DNA from: Actinomycetales bacterium | Lineage (GTDB): Bacteria; Actinomycetota; Actinomycetes; Actinomycetales; CAVURS01 | Assembly: GCA_045807245.1 (NCBI GenBank) | Contig: JBJMHS010000030.1 | Coordinates: 62,001 to 87,427, forward strand | Length of the DNA: 25,427 bases | Reading direction: 5' to 3' | Shown here: positions 9,090-17,144 of the stretch, one piece after another | Numbering within the stretch: the first letter of the stretch is position 1 | Layout: the number at the start of each line of letters is the position of its first letter | Program-made: the position numbers and the translations under genes | Notes under the pieces: generated by a model | Told to the model about the DNA's origin: nothing | The model's database searches: none | Seen by the model: the letters and a program-made list of their open reading frames with translations, nothing else

Positions 9090-9138
9090 CGCGGGTGTGC
9101 GGTCAGCGGCGGAGAGCAAGACAGAGGCGCGTGAGGCG

Positions 9139-9948
9139 TCAGGTCTTCGCATAGCGGGCCGATGCGAGACCGAACACGCCGAAAGCAACCAGCCCCACCG
9201 CTACCGCACCCAGGAGCCACGGACCGTACGGCTGGTCCGCCAAGGTCCGCAAGGCGCCGTCCAGACCGGTCGACTTGGCCGCGTCGTACGTCAGCGCCGC
9301 GTCCACGACAAGGCCCCCGGCGAGCGCGAAGACCACGCCGCGAGCCGTCGTGCCGATCACGCCGAGCCGGACGATGACCGTGCGCGTCGCACCGGTCAGC
9401 TCATGCATCTGCAGTTGCTTCGTGAAGCGCTTGCTCAGACCCTCGACGATCTGGGCCACGCCCACGGCCACCACGACGAGACCAACGGCAGCGACGGCCC
9501 AGCGCCCGACATCGTGCTTGAGCAGGCGAGCGGTCAACGTGACCTGTTGCTGGCGCTGTCCCTTGGGCGGCGTACCCACGACGAAGTTGAACGTCACGAC
9601 CGCCAAACCGGCGTAGATGAGCCCGCGGACCAGGGCCTTGAGCCGCGGGCCGGCTTTGTCGCCGTCGGTCGACGTCCCGAACGCGGCCTGGCTCAGCCGC
9701 CATATCGCGTACGCCGCGAAGCCGAGGCCCAGCACCCAGAGCAGCAGCTCACCGAAGGAGTGCTGGGCGACGGCAGCGAGAGCACCGGTCTGGTTCGCCT
9801 GATGCTGGCCGTGGCCGAGCGCGACCTGAAATGCCAACCAGCCGATGACCACATAGACGAAGCCACGGCAGGCCAGGCCGAACCGGGCCAGCACGTTCAT
9901 GGCCGTGCCGTTCGAGGCCCTTCGGGCGGTGCCTGCGATCTCCGTCAC
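9139..9948 (-). CDS. DUF1206 domain membrane protein
   Basis: Three repeats with six hydrophobic helices: LARFGLACRGFVY, YAIWRL, G..ARGVVF, GLDGALRTLA.QPYGPWLL. Confidence 0.88.
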   Translation of the reverse strand: MTEIAGTARRASNGTAMNVLARFGLACRGFVYVVIGWLAFQVALGHGQHQANQTGALAAVAQHSFGELLLWVLGLGFAAYAIWRLSQAAFGTSTDGDKAGPRLKALVRGLIYAGLAVVTFNFVVGTPPKGQRQQQVTLTARLLKHDVGRWAVAAVGLVVVAVGVAQIVEGLSKRFTKQLQMHELTGATRTVIVRLGVIGTTARGVVFALAGGLVVDAALTYDAAKSTGLDGALRTLADQPYGPWLLGAVAVGLVAFGVFGLASARYAKT

Positions 9949-10067
9949 GAGTGTTCACCTGTCAGGTCTTCGACGGTTGCTGCGCCGCTGACTCTAGGGT
10001 CGTTGTGGTGCCGCTGCCATTCGAGCCGTCGGCGCCGTCAGGTGGCCGACGTCCGCTCTCAGGACGT

Positions 10068-10946
10068 TCATCGCAGCGGCACGCAGACGGTGACGGCACC
10101 GGCCTTTGCCTTGGCCTTGAAGTGTTTGACCTTCGTCCGGTCACCCCCGTCCAGCTCGTACCGGACCTTCCGGCTCAGGACGACGGACACCGAGCGGGCC
10201 TGCGTCGTGCGGGCGAGTCGAGACTTGCTGGGCTTCCCCGAGGCCAGGCGCCCCAGCACCCGGCTCCACTCGATGAGCCCGTCGGCAGTCACCACCGCGA
10301 CGTCCAGCTTGCCGTCGTCCGGCCGCGACTCCTCGAACACCTTCACTCCGCCGAAGAGCTCGCCGAGGTTTCCCAGCAGGATGCAGCTGGCCTTGCCCTT
10401 GTACCAGGTGCGGCCGTCAGCCTTGACCCGCGCCTTGAAGGGCTTCTTGCGCAGGCTCGTTGACGCCGACCAGACATAGGCCGCTCGGCCCAGGCGGGTC
10501 TTGAGATCTCCGCCGCCCGCACCGCGAATCATCTGCGCGTCGAAGCCCACGCCGGCCATGACGGCGAACTTCTCACCGTCAAACGTCCCGACATCGAGTC
10601 GGCGGCGTTGGCCCCGCAGGCCGACAGCCACCGCGCCTTCGAGGTCGGTCGGAATCCTCAGGTTGGTCGCGAACAGGTTCGCGGTGCCCGCCGGGAGCAC
10701 GGCGAGCGCAACGTCCGAGCCGGCCAGCACGTCGACGCAGCGCTGGACCATCCCGTCCCCGCCCCACGCGAACACCAGCTCGGCCCCCTGCTCCACTGCC
10801 CGCCGGACCAGCGGCGGCGCCTTGCGGCTCTTGGCCACCTCGAACCACAGAAGGTCGTCCACGCCCTCCGCGTCCAGGACACGTCGGAGCTCCGGCAGGC
10901 CACCTCCGAAGGTCTTGCCGCGGTGGGCAACGACGGCAGCTCTCAC
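10068..10946 (-). CDS. Diacylglycerol/lipid kinase family protein (YegS/DgkB-like)
   Basis: GGAGG then GTG at 10946. Motifs WGGDGMV, LPAGTANLFA.NL, AGVGFDA, PDDGKLDV, ELDGG. Confidence 0.9.
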   Translation of the reverse strand: MRAAVVAHRGKTFGGGLPELRRVLDAEGVDDLLWFEVAKSRKAPPLVRRAVEQGAELVFAWGGDGMVQRCVDVLAGSDVALAVLPAGTANLFATNLRIPTDLEGAVAVGLRGQRRRLDVGTFDGEKFAVMAGVGFDAQMIRGAGGGDLKTRLGRAAYVWSASTSLRKKPFKARVKADGRTWYKGKASCILLGNLGELFGGVKVFEESRPDDGKLDVAVVTADGLIEWSRVLGRLASGKPSKSRLARTTQARSVSVVLSRKVRYELDGGDRTKVKHFKAKAKAGAVTVCVPLR

Positions 10947-11022
10947 AGTCAGCCTCCGGCCTCGAGCTCTGGCAGGTTCGAGTCCGGATGAAGTGTAGGA
11001 GCCCTCGAGCCGCCCCGCCGCC

Positions 11023-12060
11023 TCAGCTGACTCGACGGATCCGCCAGAAACAGAAGCACCCGAGCAGGCCGGACACCACCAGGACCACACCCGTCTCGAC
11101 GAGCTGCAGCGGCCAGAAACGGCTGGCCGGCTGGTAGGCGAGGCGCTGGTGGTAGCCCTCGGCGTTCAACCGGTCGAAGCAGGCGGTGAGCCCGTCCCGA
11201 GCACCCGCGTCGGCCTTGACCGGGCCCGGCTCGTTGCCCGGCGGCACCGGGGGGACAACGCACTGGCCCATCCACGTGGGCAGCGCGGTGTAGTGACCGG
11301 CGGAGTTGACGGTGCGGTTGGACAGCACCCAGTCACCGTGTCCCCCGGTGGTCAGCGTGATCGTCGCCGAGCCGCTGCCGTCGTTGATCGAGATCCCGTC
11401 CAGCCGGTCCATCGAGAAGGCAACGGTTTTCGTCACCGGTGGGATGAGGTGTGGCCGCACCCAGAGCGGTAGCGCGATCTGTACGGCCGTGTAGAGCACC
11501 AGCGTCACGGCCATCGCAGGTACGGACCGGCGCAGGACCAGCCCGACGGCCGCGCCGAGGACGAGCGCGAAGACGACATAGGCGACGGGAACGATCCCCC
11601 GCATCGCGAATGCGACCGGGGTCAGCCGGGCCGGCAGGCTGCCCCTGGTGCGGCCCAGGGCGCCGTCGACCGGCCCGGACCACCACGTCACCGCCAACGT
11701 CAACCCGCCGACAGTGATCGCGGCCAGCGCCCCGGTGATGACCAGCTTCGTTGCCAGCCAACGGTTTCGCGTGACGCTCTGGTTCCAGACCAGGCGATGG
11801 GTGCCGGCCTCGAACTCGCGCGCCACCAGAGGCGCACCCCAGAAGGCGCCGACGACGGCGGGCACCAGGGCGAGCACCACCACGCCGCCGTAGAACAGGT
11901 CCCGTTCGAGCCGGTTCATGTTGTCCAGCAGACTGCCCGTGAGCCGAGCCTTGTCGGCCACTCGCGGACCGGTGACGGCGAGCACGACTGCCGCTGCGAG
12001 CACGGCGGCGGCCACGGCCGCTGCCGACACGCGCAGCTGACGCCAGGTGAGCCAAGTCAT
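11023..12060 (-). CDS. ABC transporter permease (ABC-2/YtrC-like)
   Basis: MTWLTWRQLR start overlaps the ATPase stop. FWGAPLVAREFEAGTHRLVWNQSVTR.RWL..K and YQPASRFWPLQLVE. About 6 TM segments. Confidence 0.88.
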   Translation of the reverse strand: MTWLTWRQLRVSAAAVAAAVLAAAVVLAVTGPRVADKARLTGSLLDNMNRLERDLFYGGVVVLALVPAVVGAFWGAPLVAREFEAGTHRLVWNQSVTRNRWLATKLVITGALAAITVGGLTLAVTWWSGPVDGALGRTRGSLPARLTPVAFAMRGIVPVAYVVFALVLGAAVGLVLRRSVPAMAVTLVLYTAVQIALPLWVRPHLIPPVTKTVAFSMDRLDGISINDGSGSATITLTTGGHGDWVLSNRTVNSAGHYTALPTWMGQCVVPPVPPGNEPGPVKADAGARDGLTACFDRLNAEGYHQRLAYQPASRFWPLQLVETGVVLVVSGLLGCFCFWRIRRVS

Positions 12061-12947
12061 CCCAGCACCTCCAAAGCGGGGCGGTCGGCGGGCTCGGTGG
12101 TGGGTTCCATATAGGCCAGCACGAGATCCTCCAGACCGAGCGGGGTGACCGACCAGGCCGGGTCGAGGATCGGCCCAGCGCAGCGGACCACGATCGTGCT
12201 CTGCCGCTCGGTGTGGCTGGCCCACACGACCTGCTGGTCGTCCGGCAGGCGGCTGTGGTCGCGCCGCGGGCCGGTCAGCCGGTGATGCGTCGCGAGCAGG
12301 TGCTCGACCTCCCCCTCGACTCGCACCTCTGAGTCCACCAGCACGACCAGGTAGTCACACACCCGCTCGAGGTCGGAGACCAGATGCGACGACAGCAGCA
12401 CATTGACCTCGTGCTCGGCGACGGCCTCCATCAGGACCCGCAGGAACTCGCGCCGGGCCAACGGGTCGAGGCTCGCGACCGGCTCGTCCAGCACCAGCAG
12501 CTCCGGCCGCTTGGCCAGCCCCAAGGTCAGCGCCAGCTGAGCCCGCTGGCCGCCGGAGAGCCGGCCGGCCTTCTGGGCCGGGTCGAGCCCCAGCCGGCGA
12601 ATCCGCGACTGCGCCACCGAGTCGTCCCAGCGCGGGTTGAGCCGCGCCCCGAGCCGCAGATGCTCCTCGACCGTCAGGCCGGCGTACGTCGGGGTGTCCT
12701 GGGCCACGAAGCCGACCTTCGCCAGCTGGTCGGCCGTGGACGCCGGCCGCCCGCCGCAGACCTCGATCTCGCCGGTCGTCGGTTCGAGCATGCCCACCGC
12801 GAGGCTCAACAGTGTCGTCTTGCCGGCGCCGTTCGGGCCGACCAGCCCGGTCACGTGCCCGACGGGGATATCCAGGGTGCAGTCGGAGAGTGCCCAGCGG
12901 CGGCGGTACCGCTTGCCCAGGCCCTCGGCCCGCAGGATGGCGGTCAC
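12057..12947 (-). CDS. ABC transporter ATP-binding protein (YtrB-like)
   Basis: Walker A GPNGAGKTT, signature LSGGQ, Walker B LLVLDEP, H-loop SSH. GTG start overlaps the GntR stop (GTGA). Confidence 0.93.
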   Translation of the reverse strand: MTAILRAEGLGKRYRRRWALSDCTLDIPVGHVTGLVGPNGAGKTTLLSLAVGMLEPTTGEIEVCGGRPASTADQLAKVGFVAQDTPTYAGLTVEEHLRLGARLNPRWDDSVAQSRIRRLGLDPAQKAGRLSGGQRAQLALTLGLAKRPELLVLDEPVASLDPLARREFLRVLMEAVAEHEVNVLLSSHLVSDLERVCDYLVVLVDSEVRVEGEVEHLLATHHRLTGPRRDHSRLPDDQQVVWASHTERQSTIVVRCAGPILDPAWSVTPLGLEDLVLAYMEPTTEPADRPALEVLG

Positions 12948-13333
12948 GCTATCTCCTCCTGCGCCAGGCGAAACGTGCTCGCGAAGAGCGCCTCGATGCT
13001 TTCGTCGTCCAGCCCGGCCAGCCGGGCCTTCGCCAGCCAACGGCGCAGGTCACGACGCAGCGGTTCGTGGGCCGCATGGGACGCGTCGACCAGGGACCGG
13101 GTCACGAACGTCCCCACACCCGGACGGGCAGAGACCAGGCCGTCCCGCTCGAGCTCGCGGTAGGCCTTGAGAACAGTGTTGGGGTTGATGGCCAGTCGGG
13201 CGACGACGTCTTTGACGGTCGGCAGCTGGTCGCCCTGTCGCAACAACCCGAGCCGCAGCGCCTGCCGCACCTGGTGCACCACCTGGAGGTACGGCGAGAC
13301 TCCCGACCGGCTGTCGAGCGAGAACTCGATCAC
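12944..13333 (-). CDS. GntR family transcriptional regulator, YtrA subfamily
   Basis: SPYLQVV...GDQLPTVKDVV..LAINPNTVLKAYRELE.DGLV...PGVGTFV with a short C-terminal domain. GGAGG precedes GTG 13333; ATG 13345 is an alternative start. Confidence 0.92.
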   Translation of the reverse strand: MIEFSLDSRSGVSPYLQVVHQVRQALRLGLLRQGDQLPTVKDVVARLAINPNTVLKAYRELERDGLVSARPGVGTFVTRSLVDASHAAHEPLRRDLRRWLAKARLAGLDDESIEALFASTFRLAQEEIA

Positions 13334-13350
13334 CGCTTCCTCCATTTATC

Positions 13351-13404
13351 TAGGGTGGTAGCACAATAGGTGGCTAATCTAGGCCAGCGTTCGTGCGTCG
13401 TCAA
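13351..13404 (-). promoter_or_regulatory. Housekeeping-sigma promoter with tandem putative YtrA operator boxes
   Basis: Minus strand TTGACG (13404-13399), 17 nt, TAGATT (13381-13376). Two TA-N6-TA boxes at 13351-13360 and 13367-13376 (TAGGGTGGTA / TAGGTGGCTA on the + strand). Confidence 0.65.
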
Positions 13405-13515
13405 CGCCCTCTCGGAACCAACCGGACCCGATCTCGTGATGCCGCACCGGGCCCGCGCACCTACTGTCGGCGTTGGGCTCCGCGACCGCGGCCCGTCGGA
13501 GAAGGTGGGTGCCCG

Positions 13516-14826
13516 GTGAGACGACAGCGGCGATGGCTGTTCGTAGCAGCTGTGCTGGCGGGCATCACCGGGCTGACGGTCAGCGCGTCAGCGGCACCCA
13601 CTGGCCCGGTGCGGACGACAGCCACCAGCGGCACTCCCGCGCTGTCGAGCGCGGACACCTCACAGCTGATCCGCCAGCTGGTCCAGTGCGGCTCGACGAT
13701 GTACGCCGTGGGCACGGTCACCAGGCTCACCCAGAACGGCAGCACGTTCGCGCGGACGAACATCTTCAGCTTCGGCGCCACTGCCCCCTTCACGCTCACC
13801 TCGTGGGCGCCTTCGGTGAACGGCACCGTCAACTCGATCGCCTTCTCCGGGAACGACTGCAGCACGGCGTACATCGGCGGCAGCTTCAGCGTCGTCAACG
13901 GCACGGCCGTTCAGAACCTGGCCAAGATCAGCACCTCGAGCGGCGCCGTCGACCCGACGTTCCGGCATGCGGCCAACAAGCAGGTCGAGACGCTGCTCGT
14001 GTGGAGCCACCACGTCCTCACCGGCGGGTACTTCACGACCATCAACGGCTCGTCGCGGAGGTACTTCGCCAGCCTGAACCCGACGTCGGGCGCCGACGAC
14101 GGATACCTCAACCTGAACATCTCCGGGAACTACCAGTTCCCCGGCGTCGGCTCGAACCCGTCCCGGGTGTACAACCAGCAGCTCAGCCATGCCGGCAACA
14201 AGCTCCTCGTCGAAGGGGACTTCACGTCCGTCGGCGGGCAGCACCGCGAACAGATCTTCATGCTCGACCTCGGCGCCACGACCGCCGGCGTGGACGGCTG
14301 GACGTCCAACGAGTTCCTGACCAACTGCAACTTCAACGAGGCCTTCTACCTGCAGGACGCGGCCTGGTCGGTCGACGACGCCACCGTGTTCACCGCGACG
14401 ACGGGCTACAAGCCGAACGGCTCCAGCGCCAGCGGCCCCCGAACCGGCCTCTGCGACTCGGCCGCCGCCTTCCCGGCGAACCCGCGATCCGTGAGCCACA
14501 GGTGGATCAACTACACGGGCTGCGACTCCTTGTACTCCATCGCTGCTGACGCGACGACCGTGTACGTCGGCGGCCACGAGCGATGGATGTCCAACCCGAA
14601 CGGCTGCGACAACAAGGGGTCGGGCGCCATCAACGCGCCCGGCATGGCCGGGCTCTCGACGGCGACCGGCGCCGTGACCTGGAACCCCGGACGAGGGCGC
14701 GGCAAGGGGGCGGACGACATGCTGATCACGACCGCGGGTCTGTGGATCGGCAGTGACAACATGGACAACACCAACATGTGCACCGGCAAGAACGGGCTCG
14801 CCGGGATCTGCTTCATCTCGTACTGA
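13516..14826 (+). CDS. Secreted hypothetical protein, probable beta-propeller
   Basis: Signal peptide RRQRRWLFVAAVLAGITGLTVSASA-A. Repeated blade-like motifs YIGGSF, LTGGYF, LVEGDF, YVGGH. Rich in Ser/Thr/Asn/Gly with several Cys. Confidence 0.75.
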   Translation: MRRQRRWLFVAAVLAGITGLTVSASAAPTGPVRTTATSGTPALSSADTSQLIRQLVQCGSTMYAVGTVTRLTQNGSTFARTNIFSFGATAPFTLTSWAPSVNGTVNSIAFSGNDCSTAYIGGSFSVVNGTAVQNLAKISTSSGAVDPTFRHAANKQVETLLVWSHHVLTGGYFTTINGSSRRYFASLNPTSGADDGYLNLNISGNYQFPGVGSNPSRVYNQQLSHAGNKLLVEGDFTSVGGQHREQIFMLDLGATTAGVDGWTSNEFLTNCNFNEAFYLQDAAWSVDDATVFTATTGYKPNGSSASGPRTGLCDSAAAFPANPRSVSHRWINYTGCDSLYSIAADATTVYVGGHERWMSNPNGCDNKGSGAINAPGMAGLSTATGAVTWNPGRGRGKGADDMLITTAGLWIGSDNMDNTNMCTGKNGLAGICFISY

Positions 14827-14927
14827 CCGGCCCAGGTCAGTGGTGTAGCTCTGCCGGCGACGGCGTGTTGCCTGTAGACACGGTCTCGAACCAGACTGAG
14901 CCTCCGCACTGCCCGAAGGAGCCGACC

Positions 14928-16306
14928 GTGCAGCACCGGGTACTCCTCGTCCATCCCTCCATCCCGGCCAAGTTCAACGGCGCGCCGCTCGGGCTGCTCT
15001 ACGTGGCGGCGACTGCCCGCGCGGCAGGTCACGACGTCCGCGTGGTGGATCTGCAGGCCGACTCGGACATGACGGCCTTCCTCGATGCGATGTCCGATTG
15101 GCGGCCGACCGTGCTCGGCCTGTCCTCGACCTCACCGTCGCTCAAGGCGGCCGTCCGGCTCGCGGAGGCGGCCAAGCGGATCGATCCCGACGTGGTCGTC
15201 GTCAAGGGGGGCGTACACGAGCAGTACTGCTCGGCGTACACGCTCACTCACGTGCCCGAGATCGACTACTGCATGAGCGGTGAGGTGGACGAGGCGTTCC
15301 CGCTGTTCCTCGATGCCGTCTCGGACCGGGACGACCTCGACCATGTGCCCGGCCTGACCTGGCGGACGGCCGGCAGCGTGGTCGCCAACCAGGCCCGGCC
15401 CGAGCCGGTGGACCTGGACGGGCTGCCGTACCCGGCCCGCGACCTGCTGACGACCAGCGACTACTACGACTTCGCCGTCTTCGGAGGCCGCCGGACCACG
15501 CAGGTGCAGACCATGCGCGGTTGTCCGTTCGCCTGTCACTTCTGCAACCAGCGACGCCGGAACCCCTCCGTCAGGTCGATCGACGGCGTACTCGCCGAGC
15601 TGAGGTACTTGCGCGACGTCGGCTACGAGGCCGTGTTCTTCGACGATCCGACGTTCACCGTCAACCGCGGGCGCACCGAGCAGCTGGTGGCCGCCATCCA
15701 GGACGCGCGCCTCGGCCTGGCCTTCGGGTGCCAGACCCGGTCCGAGCTGGTGGGTCCCGAGCTCCTGAAGGCGATGGCGGACGCGGGGTTCGAGTACGTG
15801 AGCTTCGGGTTGGAGACGACCAACGAGCAGAGCCTGCTCGCCTTCGCCAAGACGCGTTCGCAGACGCGGCACCTGCAAGCAGCGCGCGAGGCCACGTCCT
15901 GGTGCCGGGCCGTGGGCATCCGCTCATGCCTGACGTTGATCGTCGGCTTCCCCGACGAGAGCGACGAGTCGGTGGAGCACACGTTCACCACTGCCGCGGG
16001 GCTGGCCCCGACTTCGTGTCACTGAGCGCGCTCGCGCTGTACCCCCACGAGGACGCGACGACCGCAGCCCACTACCACCGAGGCATCTCCGAGGAGGCCG
16101 TGTGGCGCCACTTCGACGAGGGCTACGGAGCCATCCATCCGGACCTGTCCGAAGCTCGGGCCGTCGAGCTGCTGCACATGGCCGAGGCGATGCTCGGGCC
16201 GAAGCTCAACCTGGTCGACGAGATCCCGTTGCCGGACGCGGGTCAAGAGCCGGCGTCGGCCGTCACTTCACCAGCGAGACCAGCAGCCGGTACGACTCCT
16301 CGCTGA
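14928..16306 (+). pseudogene. B12-binding radical SAM protein (class B-like architecture), frameshifted near 16006
   Basis: AAGGAG then GTG at 14928. B12-binding motifs PLGLLYVAA, VVVKGGVH, GE. Linker DLDGLPYPARDLL. Cluster motif RGCPFACHFC, then FFDDPTFT and FGLET. Frame 1 stops at 16025 but the family-like sequence continues in another frame (PDFVSLSALALYP...) to 16306. Confidence 0.8.
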
Positions 16307-17144
16307 CGATCTCGTCGTCGCGGACGTACTGGCCGATGCGATCGACGTCCGGGCTGTCGCGAACGATGTACCTCATCGTCGCTGCGGCGAGGTCGAACCG
16401 GCTCGACTCGACCAGCGAGACGAGCTCCGCCCGGGTGAACGTCTTGATGAACTGCCACGTCTCCGGGCCGCTGACCACGTCGGGGCCTCCTGCACCGTCC
16501 ACCCTGGGCCGGCGCGAGAAGTGGAAGACGTCCGCACCATGCTCGGCGACCCGAGGGTCACGCGTCACGAGCTCCAGGACCACCTTGCCACCGTCGCTGA
16601 GGCGCTGGTGAGCAGAGTCGAGCGCCTGCAACCGCAGCTCGGGCCCGGTCTCGGCATCCATCAGGAAGCCGAGGTCCCCGCTGAGGAAGAGCACCGCGTC
16701 GAGATCGCGGCCCAGATCCGGGATGCCCTCACGCATGTCGTGCTTGAGCACCTGGACGCCGCGCGCGCGGGCGCGCTCGATCATCCGGTCACTCAGCTCG
16801 ACGCCGTACATCTGCGGCGGGCCCCCCCGAACGGCCGCGACCGACGCGCAGATCCGCGCGAGCCGGTGGCCGTCTCCGACGCCGACGTCGAGCACCGCAC
16901 GCGCCTTGGTCGTCGCGATCTGCTCGACGGCGAACTCGTTGACCCTGACCTTCATCGGCTCGGTGTGCGGGTACTGGGCGAGCTCGTAGTAGTCCGCCTC
17001 GGTGGAGTAGCAGGCCAGCGTCGTGGCCAGCCAGTCGTCGGGCAGGTCGGCCTCGCGGACGAGGGCCAAGGACTGCTCCCGCACGAACGCAGGGCGGCCC
17101 GCTGCCGCATCCGCGAACCGCGCACCCGACAGCTCCTCGGTCAT
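16263..17144 (-). CDS. Class I SAM-dependent methyltransferase
   Basis: Motif I VLDVGVGDG, YGVELSDRMIERA, HDMR, LDAVLFL, LSDGGKVVLE. Start overlaps the TIR-fusion stop (ATGA). Confidence 0.85.
   Translation of the reverse strand: MTEELSGARFADAAAGRPAFVREQSLALVREADLPDDWLATTLACYSTEADYYELAQYPHTEPMKVRVNEFAVEQIATTKARAVLDVGVGDGHRLARICASVAAVRGGPPQMYGVELSDRMIERARARGVQVLKHDMREGIPDLGRDLDAVLFLSGDLGFLMDAETGPELRLQALDSAHQRLSDGGKVVLELVTRDPRVAEHGADVFHFSRRPRVDGAGGPDVVSGPETWQFIKTFTRAELVSLVESSRFDLAAATMRYIVRDSPDVDRIGQYVRDDEIVSEESYRLLVSLVK

Noticed and set aside
8995..10479. 494-aa + strand ORF and similar long overlapping ORFs (3719-5389, 18203-19498, 19710-21116, 20923-22353)
   Set aside because: They overlap motif-supported genes in other frames or strands and have low-complexity translations.
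15521..16306. Independent 261-aa gene
   Set aside because: The first ~160 codons are an off-frame shadow of the radical SAM gene; only the last ~100 look coding and they complete that protein.
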